Part shown: positions 25,223 to 36,400 of the stretch, in pieces | How the letters are laid out: each line of letters opens with the position of its first letter | Numbering within the stretch: position 1 is the first letter of the stretch | Origin: Eledone cirrhosa | Taxonomy: Eukaryota | Assembly (NCBI GenBank): GCA_964016885.1 | Contig: OZ024761.1 | Span: 23,684,001-23,748,000, forward strand | Length of the DNA stretch: 64,000 nucleotides | Direction of reading: 5' to 3' | Program-made: the position numbers and the translations under genes | Notes under the pieces: generated by a model | Told to the model about the DNA's origin: nothing | The model's input: the letters and a program-made list of their open reading frames with translations, nothing else | Database searches by the model: none

Positions 25223-27649
25223 CATACATATAATATACATATATATATAATATATATATATATTATATATACATATATATAATATATATTATATTTATAC
25301 ACACCCAAACACTATTACAAGAAGATTGAAATGGAACCTTCCACCACCACCACCACCACCATCAGGACTTGGTGGGGACTTTCTCTTGTGTTTCGTATGT
25401 CTGCGTTGTTATGGGTGGGCGTGCGTGAATAATTTTGACAAAGTACAGTTATGAAGGCAAGCCGGGCCATGTATGTGTGTATATGTAAGTATGTGTGTGT
25501 GTGTATGTAAGTATGTGTGTGTGTGTGTGTATATGTATGTATGTGTGTGTGTGTGTATGTGTTTAGAATGTAGAAAGCCTGTGAAACATGAAGGTGTTGT
25601 TGGTGGTGGTGTGGAAATGTATAGACTCCCTAGTCGATGATTTCTCCTATGTAAGCACAATGCCAAATACACATTTATTTGAGATGAGGTTGGAGGTGGG
25701 GTTGTGTGTAGTTAATTAAATTGATGATACCATTGCTTAATTATTCATTCAGTGTCAATTAACTGCTTGTGTGGAAGGTGCATGGCTTAATGGTGAGGAT
25801 GCTGAGGATGCTGGTCTAGCATACTGTCTCACTTAATATAATGGTAAATATATACTTTATACACACCCTGGCATTATCTCTCTCTAATCTATATATATAT
25901 ACATGGTGGCTGCCAACTCGTTTTCGAGTACGCCCACTACTTTATATCCGTGTAGGAGAAACCCTACCGATGCGCTGAACGAGTGAGACTTTTTAGTCCA
26001 GCCAGCGACTTGAAAACTCTGGTACAAACACTACACTTGCGACAATTATTGACACATAGTACTGGGCCCATGGTACCATGTAATGACTAGTGCAGAGAGA
26101 TCACCAGATATAAAGCAATGTCTGTGCCGTGAAGCTTTTATAGTGAGCAAAGGCACTGCACAAAGCCAGTCCCACTCTCTTAACCAAGATGATATTTACC
26201 AAAAAGAAGAACAAGTCAACATCAGTGGATACCATCAGGGTTGCAGGTGTTATATCAGAGTTTTCCTTCTCCTAGAATTCTGCCTTGACAAAGGCTAAGG
26301 GGTCATCTCTCTCAGTGATTTTGGATGGCCATTGACTCTTAAGAGCTCCTTTGCCCTTTGACAGGTTTTGTTTTTAGTCCTGCAGGATGTCCAAAGTCAC
26401 CCTCCTCACCAAGAAACCTTGGTGGGGTTGCCAGTTTAGTCACCAACGACCCGACCATGGGACAGGTTGTACTGGGATACATGTTACCAGTAGCACCAGA
26501 CATACATACATACACATGGCATACCGTTCAGTACTGTCTCACCTAATATAATGGTAAATATATACTTTATATACACCCTGACACTCTCTGCTAAGAGTAT
26601 TGCAATCGCTTGTCAGATTCAGATGTGTGACGCTCGGATATGGCTTCTCAAGCCTGCTAGAGACTTGCACTCCTTCGGACATTGACGACAACTCTGGATC
26701 TCCCTGGCTTCAGGTCTTACATCAGGGTGCCTGTGAACCTTCACAATACTGTGGAGACCATAGTTTACTGGTTCTCTTTGAACATGGCTGTTACTGTGGC
26801 TCCTGAGACCGGATTTGCTCAAGCAAATTTTTCCACACACATACATACATACATACATACAAGGCACCCCTTTCAGTACTGTCTTACCTTATATAAGGTT
26901 GTGTGTGAGGGCTTTCACTCTCAGAATGAGCGATGCACTGTGTCCTTCAGCAAAAGACACTTTATTTCACGTTGCTCCAGTTTCTGTCAATTGAAAATGA
27001 ACTGCCAGTGGGTACCAGTTGGGAGTTTTGACCCCGAGACCGACTGCTGCCCTGTCCAGTTCCAATCAACTGAAAATGAACTGCCGGTGGGTACTAGCTG
27101 GTGGTTTTGACCCCGAGACTGACTGCTGTCCTTCAATTTGAGATCTGCTCTCACCACCTCTACCCAGGTCTTCCTTGCTCTACCTCTACTGCAGCTTCCC
27201 TCCACTTACCAATTTGAGATCTGCTCCCCATCACCTCTACTCAGGTCTTTCTTGGTCTGAATGTAAAATTATAACTCTAACTCTAAGTAAGAGTTATAAT
27301 TTTAAAGTGGACATTAAACTTTCGATGATGATGAATTATCATCATCAAAAGTTTAATGTCCACTTTCCCTTCTAGCAAGGGTTAGAAAGGTCTTCATAGA
27401 CCAAGTCAGTACTGAAGTGGGACTACTGCTATCATAGTGGTCTTTATTATCATCGTTTAACATTCACTTTCCCTGCTAATAAGGGTTGGACTACTGATCT
27501 CCCAGATAAGCCAGGGATCTTTTATCTCGCTTATGTACGGTCTCACGTTTACTATTACTATTTGACCACGACTGAACAATATTAATAAATAAACCACCAT
27601 AGAAAACAGAAATAATAAAACAAGATATAAAACAAGTGTTTATTTATAA

Positions 27650-27882
27650 TAAACACATACATTTCATAAAAACAACACACATTTCGTAAAAACAACACAC
27701 ATTTTATAAAAGCAACACACATTTTATAAAAGCAACACACATTTTATAAAAGCAACACACATTTCATAAAACAACACACATTTTATAAAAGCAACACACA
27801 TTTCATAAAACAACACACATTTTATAAAAACAACACACATTTCATAAAAGCAACACATTTTATAAAAACAACACATATTTCA
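27650..27882. repeat. ~20-bp AT-rich minisatellite
   Basis: AACACACATTT(T/C)ATAAAA(G/A)C units. Confidence 0.85.
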
Positions 27883-29302
27883 TGTCATAGGAAACATTTA
27901 ATGAAAGGAGATGGGAGAGGGGGGATATTAAGTATTATTTTAGTAATAGTAACCATTACAATGATGGCGATGGTGGTGGTGTGGGGGGTTGTGGTGGAGT
28001 AAGAATGTTCTCAACAATGATTACGAGGGTGGGGGTGGTATAGTGTTGTGGTATATAACTGCTGCCAGGTATAAATATGAATTTAATAAATTTAATAATT
28101 ATTATTTACACCACTCTACTCCGCGAGCCTACGGAGCTTCTACATGGTTGCTTGATCAGCTAGAAATAGCAGCCAGTAATACCAGAACTGTTTTAGATTA
28201 ATAATAATATTTGTTTCTACTTTTGGCACAAGGCCAGCAATTACCCAGTGTATTACTGGTACTTTATTTTATCGACCCCGTAAGGATGAAAGGTAAAGTT
28301 AACCCCCCAAATAATAATAAATCTGAGACATTGGTTAGTTACTATGGTTACTTAGGTTTCCTGCCTATGGGTTGGTATAGGATTAGAATGTCTTTGATCA
28401 CAAACCTGCAATTAATGATAATAATTGTTTCTAATTTAGGCACAAGGCCAGCAATTTACTGGGCAGGGGGAGAAAGTTAATTAACCCCCTCCCCCTCCCA
28501 GGCCAAAGGTTTGTTGATTGAAATAGCTGTTGTATCAGTACAATTATTTATAACCAAAGGCATGGCAAGGGAGAAGGTTAGTAGTTTAAATCATCTCCAA
28601 TATATTACTGGTATCTTATTTTATCAACCCCACAGTACTGTACACACCTTCACACACGCACAGTACTTTCTGGAACCCTACTTTATCACCAAGCCCCACA
28701 GTACTTTACTGGAACTCTACTTTATCAGTCACCCCCCACAGTACTTTACACACCCTCGCGCACACATAGAGTACTTTACTGGAACTCTACTTTATCAGCC
28801 ACCCCACACAGTACTTTACACACCCTCGCGCACACACAGAGTACTTTACTGGAACTCTACTTTATCAGCCACCCCCCACAGTACTTTACACACCCTGTAC
28901 ATTACTTTATCACCCATTCTTCAGTATTTTACTGGTATTTTATTTTATCGATCCCAGAAGGATGAAAGGCAAACATGACCTTAGCGAGACAATAAGTCCG
29001 TTTTAGTTGTTAGCAAGCTCTCCAGTGTTCATTAAATCTTTAGCATTTAAACCAGCTGCTCATACTTATGTTAAGGTATTGTTCTCAAAATAAATACAAT
29101 CAAAATCTTGTAGATTTGATATTATGTGAGATAAAGTGTTTACCGTGAAAATACATTAGTAAATATAGAGTAATGTAAATGCTAAAGGGTTAAGTCAGAT
29201 TTAGTTGTGACGAAGGTCTCCATTCTTTGTTAAGTCAGTTGTGGTTGTTAGGAAGGTCTCCATTCTTCAGTAGATGTCTGTAGTAAAGTTGGGGTTCTGA
29301 AG

Positions 29303-29398
29303 TCAACCTCTGCGAGGAGGGGGCGGCTTCTCTTTTTCAGTACCAAGAACATCCTGCTGTATTTCACCAATGTCAATTTTCCTGTCTTTGATGGCTTT
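29303..29398 (-). CDS. TRIAP1: TRIAP1/Mdm35 terminal exon (absent from the ORF track)
   Basis: CCTGTACAG| KAIKDRKIDIGEIQQDVLGTEKEKPPPPRRG*; phase 0 with exon 1. Confidence 0.85.
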   Translation of the reverse strand, partial: KAIKDRKIDIGEIQQDVLGTEKEKPPPPRRG

Positions 29399-29879
29399 CT
29401 GTACAGGGAAACAAAGAAAAAATATGGAAGATAATTATAATAGTTTGTGACTTAGGCACAAGACCAACAATTTTTTTAGGGGAGAAGAAAGTCGAATACA
29501 TCGACCGCAATGCATTACTGGTGCTTTATTTTATCGACCCCATAAGGATGAAAAGCAAAGCTAACCTCAGTGGAATTTGAACTTAGAACGTAAAGGAAGA
29601 CAATAATGATGATTTCTACATAAAGGCCAGCAATTTTAGGGAGAAAGTTATTAAAATCAACCCCCAGTATGTCACTGGTACTTTATTTTATCGACTCTAT
29701 AAGGATGAAAGGCAAAGTTAACCTAGGCAGAATTTGGACTCAGAATGTAAACAACTATAACTAAATGTTGCAAAGTATTTTGACCGACACTCTACCGATT
29801 CTGCCAATTTAATAGAAGACAATAGTAATTGTTATTGGTACTTTATTTTATCAACTTTGAAAAGATGGGATTTCCTGGC

Positions 29880-30700
29880 ACTTCCACACCCAGTGAGTAT
29901 CATCCATACACATCACATGTCTGTACCAATGTAGTCTTCTCTCTTGCACACCACCTCAGATTCCTCTTAACCCCTTAGCATTTAAACCGGCCAGAATTCT
30001 CTCACCACTTTCTGTTCAAACCAGCTTTAACTGGCTACCCATGCTGATGTTAAGGTATTGTTCTCCAAATAAATAATATCAAAATCTCATAGATTCAATA
30101 TTATGTGAAACAATTAAGTGAGGTAAAGCCTTTACCATGAAAATATAATAGTATTTATAGAGTAATGTAAATGTTAAAGGGTTCAACCCAGTTTCTCCCT
30201 CAGTTTATCTAAGCTCTGCCTTTCTCTCATGTTTATATTGAAGCTTGATAGCTACATGTCTTCCGCAGTCATTGCCCATGTTTCACTACCATGTAGCATT
30301 ACTCTTTGCACGCAAGCATCATACAGTTGTCCTTTTGTATCTAGAGAGAAACCTTTCGTTGTTAACAGTGGAAGTAGCTCTCTAAACTTCTTCCATCCTA
30401 TCCTTATTCTAATTACTACGCTCTTGGAGAACCCTCCCCCCTCTGCGAATTAGATCACCTAGGTAGCAAAAGCTATCAACCACTTCTATTGACACTTCAT
30501 GTGATTGGAAAAGGTTTACATCTCTGGTACTCTTACTATCGATAACCCCTGTACATCTATTAGATACAAAGTCTTTCTTTCCTGTTAGTCTACCTGATAT
30601 CCCACTACATCTCTTGTGTACATCATATAGAGTTTATGCCTACTCCTTTCCTACATATTTAACGTGGCCACTTCAGAGGAATCAGAGCCTTGTTTTGTTA
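29880..30700 (-). mobile_element. Old RTE LINE fragment with nested piggyBac-type MITE (29967-30184)
   Basis: Diverged match to the RTE ORF 3' region (GWKKFRELLPLL...LHGSETW). Confidence 0.75.
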
Positions 30701-30923
30701 CAGACGCAAAGGAGCCTCTTCCTAGTCACTCGATTTGCTAGAAAGAGCAGTTAAATCTTTCTATAAATCACATCACCTTGTCTTAAAAAAAAAACACGTT
30801 GGACACTGTATCTAGTTAGAAAACACACTGATTACGGCTTATATCTGATTACCATTATATATCCCAAGGCTCTGATACAATCAACACCATAAACACGGAG
30901 CTGGCATATCTAAGAACTGACTA

Positions 30924-30979
30924 ACTGCCTGATGAGGTCATAGCCATTCAATGGCTATCATCGAAATATATATAGCAGT
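30924..30979 (+). ncRNA. Minimal type-I hammerhead ribozyme fold
   Basis: ACTGC-CTGATGA-GGTcATAGCCAT tca ATGGCTATcATC-GAAA-TATATA-TA|GCAGT; palindromic stem III region; AATAAA immediately downstream. Confidence 0.8.
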
Positions 30980-31174
30980 AAATAAAGGATTATGAGTTCA
31001 TGCAATTGACTTATGTTTCGTTACTATATATATAACCAAAAGTTTAACAAGGTTCATTGATTAATCAATGAATAAAGTTTTACAATAGATTAGAAGCACT
31101 CTACAGAAGGTTATCTGGAGTTATTAATATTACTTCAAAATATTAATAAATATAGACATTCATGTGATCAAATA

Positions 31175-31240
31175 TATTTTATTATACATATTTCAGAGGT
31201 ACTGAGCTATTTCATCAGTACGTCCTCATCAGATAAAATA
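31175..31240 (-). ncRNA. Minimal type-I hammerhead ribozyme fold (tandem unit 1)
   Basis: Minus strand: TATTTTAT-CTGATGA-GGAcGTACTGA..TCAGTACcTCT-GAAA-TATGTA-TA|ATAAAATA (8-bp stem I). Confidence 0.8.
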
Positions 31241-31508
31241 AGTTGATGTCTGACATACCTCCACTGTGCTGATGGTTCAATTCCAGTCTTGGCAGACTGA
31301 AATATGTATAATCAAATATATTTGATCACATGAATGTCTATATTTATTAATATTTTGAAGTAATATATATATATATATATTTAAAAGTTAAACAAGGTTC
31401 AATGAATGGGTTTTACAATAGATTGGAAGCACTCAACAGTGTTGGTTTTCCAGAGTTATTAATATTAGTTCAAAATATTAACAAAATAGACATTCGTGTG
31501 ATCAATTA

Positions 31509-31575
31509 TATTTTATTATACATATTTCAGAGGTACTGAGTTAACTTCAACAGTACGTCCTCATCAGATAAAATA
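31509..31575 (-). ncRNA. Minimal type-I hammerhead ribozyme fold (tandem unit 2)
   Basis: Same core and stems as 31175-31240; differences confined to the stem II loop region. Confidence 0.8.
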
Positions 31576-32357
31576 AGATGATGCATGACATACCCTGACA
31601 TAGTAGATGGTTAAGATTCAGTCATGGTAGTTATAAAATATACTTGATCACAAGAATACCTATTTTGAATTAATATTTATATATATATATAGTGAAGGCG
31701 TGTGGCTGAGTGGTTAGAGAATTGGATTCGCAATCGTAAGGTTGTGAGTTCGATTCCTGGACCAGGCGATGCGTTATGTCCTTGAGCAAGACACTTTATT
31801 TCACGTTGCTCCTTCTACCTGGAGTTGCGACCGATAGATAGTATTAGCAACTGGAAAGACGAACGGAAACATTGTTCCCTCGGTCCGATTTGACGAAAGT
31901 CGATCGTTCCTTTTATATATATAATTAAAAGACGGAGTTAAAAACTCACATTTGAGCATGACTGGGTGTTATTGTTAATAATCAGATGGTTAGTATACGT
32001 TAATATAATCTTTTTATTGATTTGTATTCGCCATTCCTTCCGTAGGTAATATGTTTGTCACTCTGGTGGATTTTGATCCCCTATGATGATTGAACATATA
32101 ATCTCTACGTGTACTTATCTCTCTCTCTATATATATATAATGACGGTGCTCCAGCATGGCCTCAGCCTGTGGCTGGAACACGTAATAAAGAAAAAGAATA
32201 ATATATATATATCGATATATATATATATATATCTCGATATAGATCCAACAGTAAATAGGGTATAAGGTACTCAATACATGTGTAGAGTGACGACAGACGT
32301 TTATATAGAAAAAGCTCCAACAAGACTAGAACTGTTTCATTCGTAGGAAACCAGCAA

Positions 32358-32397
<40 letters not shown>

Positions 32398-33089
32398 CGA
32401 AGGAATTGTGGTAAGGAACCAGATGGACCATAACGCACCAGAGTACTCAATACTTAGGGTAGTAGAGTGGGTAATAGGAAAAGGCTATTTCTGGACTACA
32501 AGTCCAGAAATAGCCGTCGAAACGGCTTGAGCTCTGCCGTCCGGGGTCATACCTTTTCCTATATATATATATATATATATATATAGGTATCATTAACAAT
32601 AGATCTCGAAAGAAAATGGAAATATTCTGTCCGATTCATTGCGTTTACACATACACTATACATACATATATATATATATATTAGATATTAATTTAACAAT
32701 CAAAATAATAACAAAAACAATTTATTTTACGTATTCATATTGTTTTACGATCGCGTGTGTATATATATATATATATATATGTGTACACGCTATATATGAT
32801 ATATATATACGCACACACACAGGGTGTCCCCCACCCCCAAAAAGTGTATATACATTTTGATTACCTGTACAGGTAATATTTATTAGAATGAAGTTGAAGT
32901 GTGTATACATTTTTGGAATACCCTATATATATATATAGGGTGTCCCAAAAATGTATACACACTTCAACTACATTCTAATATATATATATATGTGTGTGTG
33001 TGTGTGTCGGGGGTAACCACAGTAAGTAAGGTATACTCTATGTATTGAGTACTTTACTTACTGTGGTTACCTCCGATTGAACCCGGGAT

Positions 33090-33120
<31 letters not shown>

Positions 33121-33604
33121 CAAACACACGTTTATATGTAATATCTATCTATATATATATATATATATATATATACAAACACACACGTTTATATGTAATA
33201 TATCTATATATTATACATATCTATATATATATATATATACATATCTATATATTATATATATATCTATATATATATATATATATACAAACACACACGTTTA
33301 TGTATAATATATCTATATATATACAAGTGGAAGCTTAGTAAAATCGAAGCTTTGGCTGTGCCCAAGCTAAGCCGACCTACAATAAGGAATGAGTAGCAAA
33401 GCACTCAATAAGGGTAGGTCCTTAGAGTAAGAACATTACGTTTAAATAGCTTGACAAATTGAAAACTGCGGTAGGCAAAACCCAACCATACAATACCAAA
33501 AAACAACGAAAGAACTAATCAGATATATATATGGTATCAACAAGAGTACATAAAGAATGCAATAGTAGTGTATATAAAGTAAAGTAAATGGAACCATATC
33601 GTAC

Positions 33605-33748
33605 AGTAATACAAGTCTGGTAGGCCTTAAACATCGGTGTACAGGCATCGTCCATGTCCCCCTTAAGGAACTTCTCCGAGAACCACCTATTAAAGCAGTC
33701 ATCATAGAATTTCTTGAGAGAATTACATTCCTCGGCAATGCTGTCCAT
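33605..33748 (-). CDS. TRIAP1: TRIAP1/Mdm35 (twin-Cys mitochondrial intermembrane-space protein) exon 1; in-frame upstream ATG at 33766 possible
   Basis: MDSIAEECNSLKKFYDDCFNRWFSEKFLKG...CTPMFKAYQTCIT; |GTACGA donor. Confidence 0.93.
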
Positions 33749-34449
33749 TGTGGCTGACTGACTCATCACAACGTTGTAGCATTCCGCCACGAAAATTAAC
33801 ACCGAGATAACCTCGCACATGTCTGTATATAATAAAACTCACATGTGTGTGTGTATAATAATTGTTTCTACTTTTGGCACAAGGCCAGCAATTATCTCAG
33901 TTCATTACTGGTACTTTATTTTATCGAAGTTAACCTCGGCGGGATTTGAACTCAGAATGGAAAGGGCCGTAACATGCCTGTATACAATAAAACTCGCATG
34001 TGTGTGGATATATATATATATATATATATACATACTCTGCCGTTGGGGTCATACTTTCTCCTATATATATATATAGGAGAAAGTATGACCCCAACGGCAG
34101 AGCTCAAGCCGTTTCGACGGCTATTTCTGGACTAAACGTTTAGTCACAATTGTATGTATGTATATATATATATATATATATAGGTGTGTTAAGTATTTCC
34201 GTAGAAAAGGTTAAGGAAGATATACACACACATATATATATATATAGCGTGTCCCCCAAAAATGTATGCACACTTTGATTACCTGTACAGGCAATATTTA
34301 TTAGAATGCGGTTGAAGTATGTATACACTTTTAGGGACACTCTTTGTATATATATATATATATGTGTGTGTATGTGTGTACGTATATTTATATCTATTTC
34401 CTTCAATAAAGTAGGTGTACCCCTTTTCTCTCGATGCCTGTCTTTCTCG

Positions 34450-34489
<40 letters not shown>

Positions 34490-34539
34490 CTGTATATCTT
34501 CCTCTCTCTCTCTCTCTATATATATATCTGTATATCTTC

Positions 34540-34583
<44 letters not shown>

Positions 34584-35009
34584 CTTCCTCTAATCCCCCT
34601 CTCTATATCTATATATTCCTCTCTGATCTCTCTCCTCGCCTTCTATGTATTCATGAGCCATTGTAGTTCCCCATAAACAACATTTCACATCTGATCAACG
34701 ATCAACGGTTTCTTCTTCCTTCTACTCCAGATTCTTATCTCATCTTTACAAAGACAAGCGAAAGGACAAACTAACACACACACACACATATATATACTAA
34801 CAAACACACTCACACGTATATATCTATATATACTAATAAACACACACATACGGACACATATATATATACTAACAAACTCACACGTATATATCTATATATA
34901 CTAATAAACACACACATACGGACACACACATATATATACTAACAAACTCACACGTATATATCTATATATACTAATAAACACACACATACGGACATATATA
35001 TACTAACAA

Positions 35010-35044
<35 letters not shown>

Positions 35045-35168
35045 CTAATAAACACACACATACGGATAGATATATATATTCTAACACACACTCAGACATA
35101 TATACTAACGAACATATATATGTGTACGAACAAACACTGACACATACATCATTATATAGAAAACATCA

Positions 35169-35282
35169 ATGAAGCTTCACATTCTGAGATGTTACCAAAT
35201 ATTTGGCCGATATTCTACATGCCGACATGTGTTTGGAAGGGCACCACACCTTACACAGGTGTCTAACTACAGTTACTCTAAG
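35169..35282 (+). CDS. GATC: GATC exon 1 (probable mitochondrial targeting peptide; absent from the ORF track)
   Basis: MKLHILRCYQIFGRYSTCRHVFGRAPHLTQVSNYSYSK, Arg-rich with no acidic residues; AAG|GTAAAT donor; phase 0 with exon 2, giving a 137-aa protein. Confidence 0.65.
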
Positions 35283-35394
35283 GTAAATATATTATTAAAC
35301 GTATACAGGCGTTCGTTATTTCAATAGTACCAAACTACTTCACTGATGAGGCAACTTTGGATCAAATTACATGCATTGCATGTTTTATTAATTT

Positions 35395-36400
35395 ACAGGG
35401 GTCGACCGATCCGGCCTCAGTGATGCGAGCCCAGACGGGGTGTGTGTGAGGACCCATGTTTTATTACTTTATAGGGGTCGACCGATCCGGCCTCGCTGCC
35501 TCAGTGATGCGAGCCCAGACGGGGTGTGTGTGTGAGGACCCTATGCTTTATTACTTTATAGGGGTCGACCGATCCAGCCTCGCTGCCTCAGTGATGTGAG
35601 CCCAGACGGGGTGTGTGTGAGAGGACCCATGTTTTATTACTTTATAGGGGTCGACCGATCCGGCCTCGCTGCCTCAGTGATGGGAGCCCAGACGGGGAGT
35701 GTGTGAGGACCCTATGCTTTATTACTTTACAGGGGTCGACCGATCCGGCCTCGCTGCCTCAGTGATGCGAGCCCAGACGGGGAGTGTGTGAGGACCCATG
35801 TTTTATTACTTTATAGGGGTCGCCAGACCCGACCTCGAAGCCTCAGTGATGGGAGCCCAGACGGAGTGTGTGTGTGGGACCCATGTTCTCTGGTATGTGA
35901 GAAGCCATGTTTTGTTACTTTATAGGGGTCGACTGACCCGGCCTCGCTGCCTCAGTGATGCGAGCTCGGGTGGAGTGTGTGATGGGAGTGTTTTCTGGTG
36001 TGTGAGAATCCATGTTTTGTTACTTTATAGGGGTTGATCGTCTCAGACTCGCTACCCCAAAGATGCGAGCCCAGACGGAGTGTATGGGAACCCATGTTTT
36101 ATTTATAGGGGTTGGTTGATCGTCTCAGACTTGCTGCCCCAATGATCCGAGCCCAGACGGAGTGTGTGGGGACCCATGTTTTATTTATAGGGGTTGGTTG
36201 ATCGTCTCAGACTTGCTGCCCCAATGATCCGAGCCCAGACGGAGTGTGTGGGGACCCATGTTTTATTTATAGGGGTTGGTTGATCGTCTAAGACTTGCTG
36301 CCCCAATGATCCGAGCCCAGACGGAGTGTGTGGGGACCCATGTTTTATTTATAGGGGTTGGTTGATCGTCTCAGACTCGCTGCCCCAATGATGCGAGCTC
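35395..36400. repeat. GC/CpG-rich ~80-85-bp minisatellite in GATC intron 1
   Basis: TTTATAGGGGTCGACCGATCCGGCCTCGCTGCCTCAGTGATGCGAGCCCAGACGG...GACCCATG units, two subtypes. Confidence 0.9.

Larger units (their letters stand above)
31035..31680 (-). mobile_element. Two tandem ~335-bp hammerhead-bearing units (Penelope-like pLTR/retrozyme) separated by (TA)n
   Basis: 31035-31365 resembles 31382-31680; each has a 5' inverted segment (e.g. 31297-31365 vs 31128-31197). Confidence 0.7.

Noticed and set aside
35343-35390. CTGATGA motif as a possible hammerhead
   Set aside because: No properly placed GAAA, and no stem I or stem III pairing
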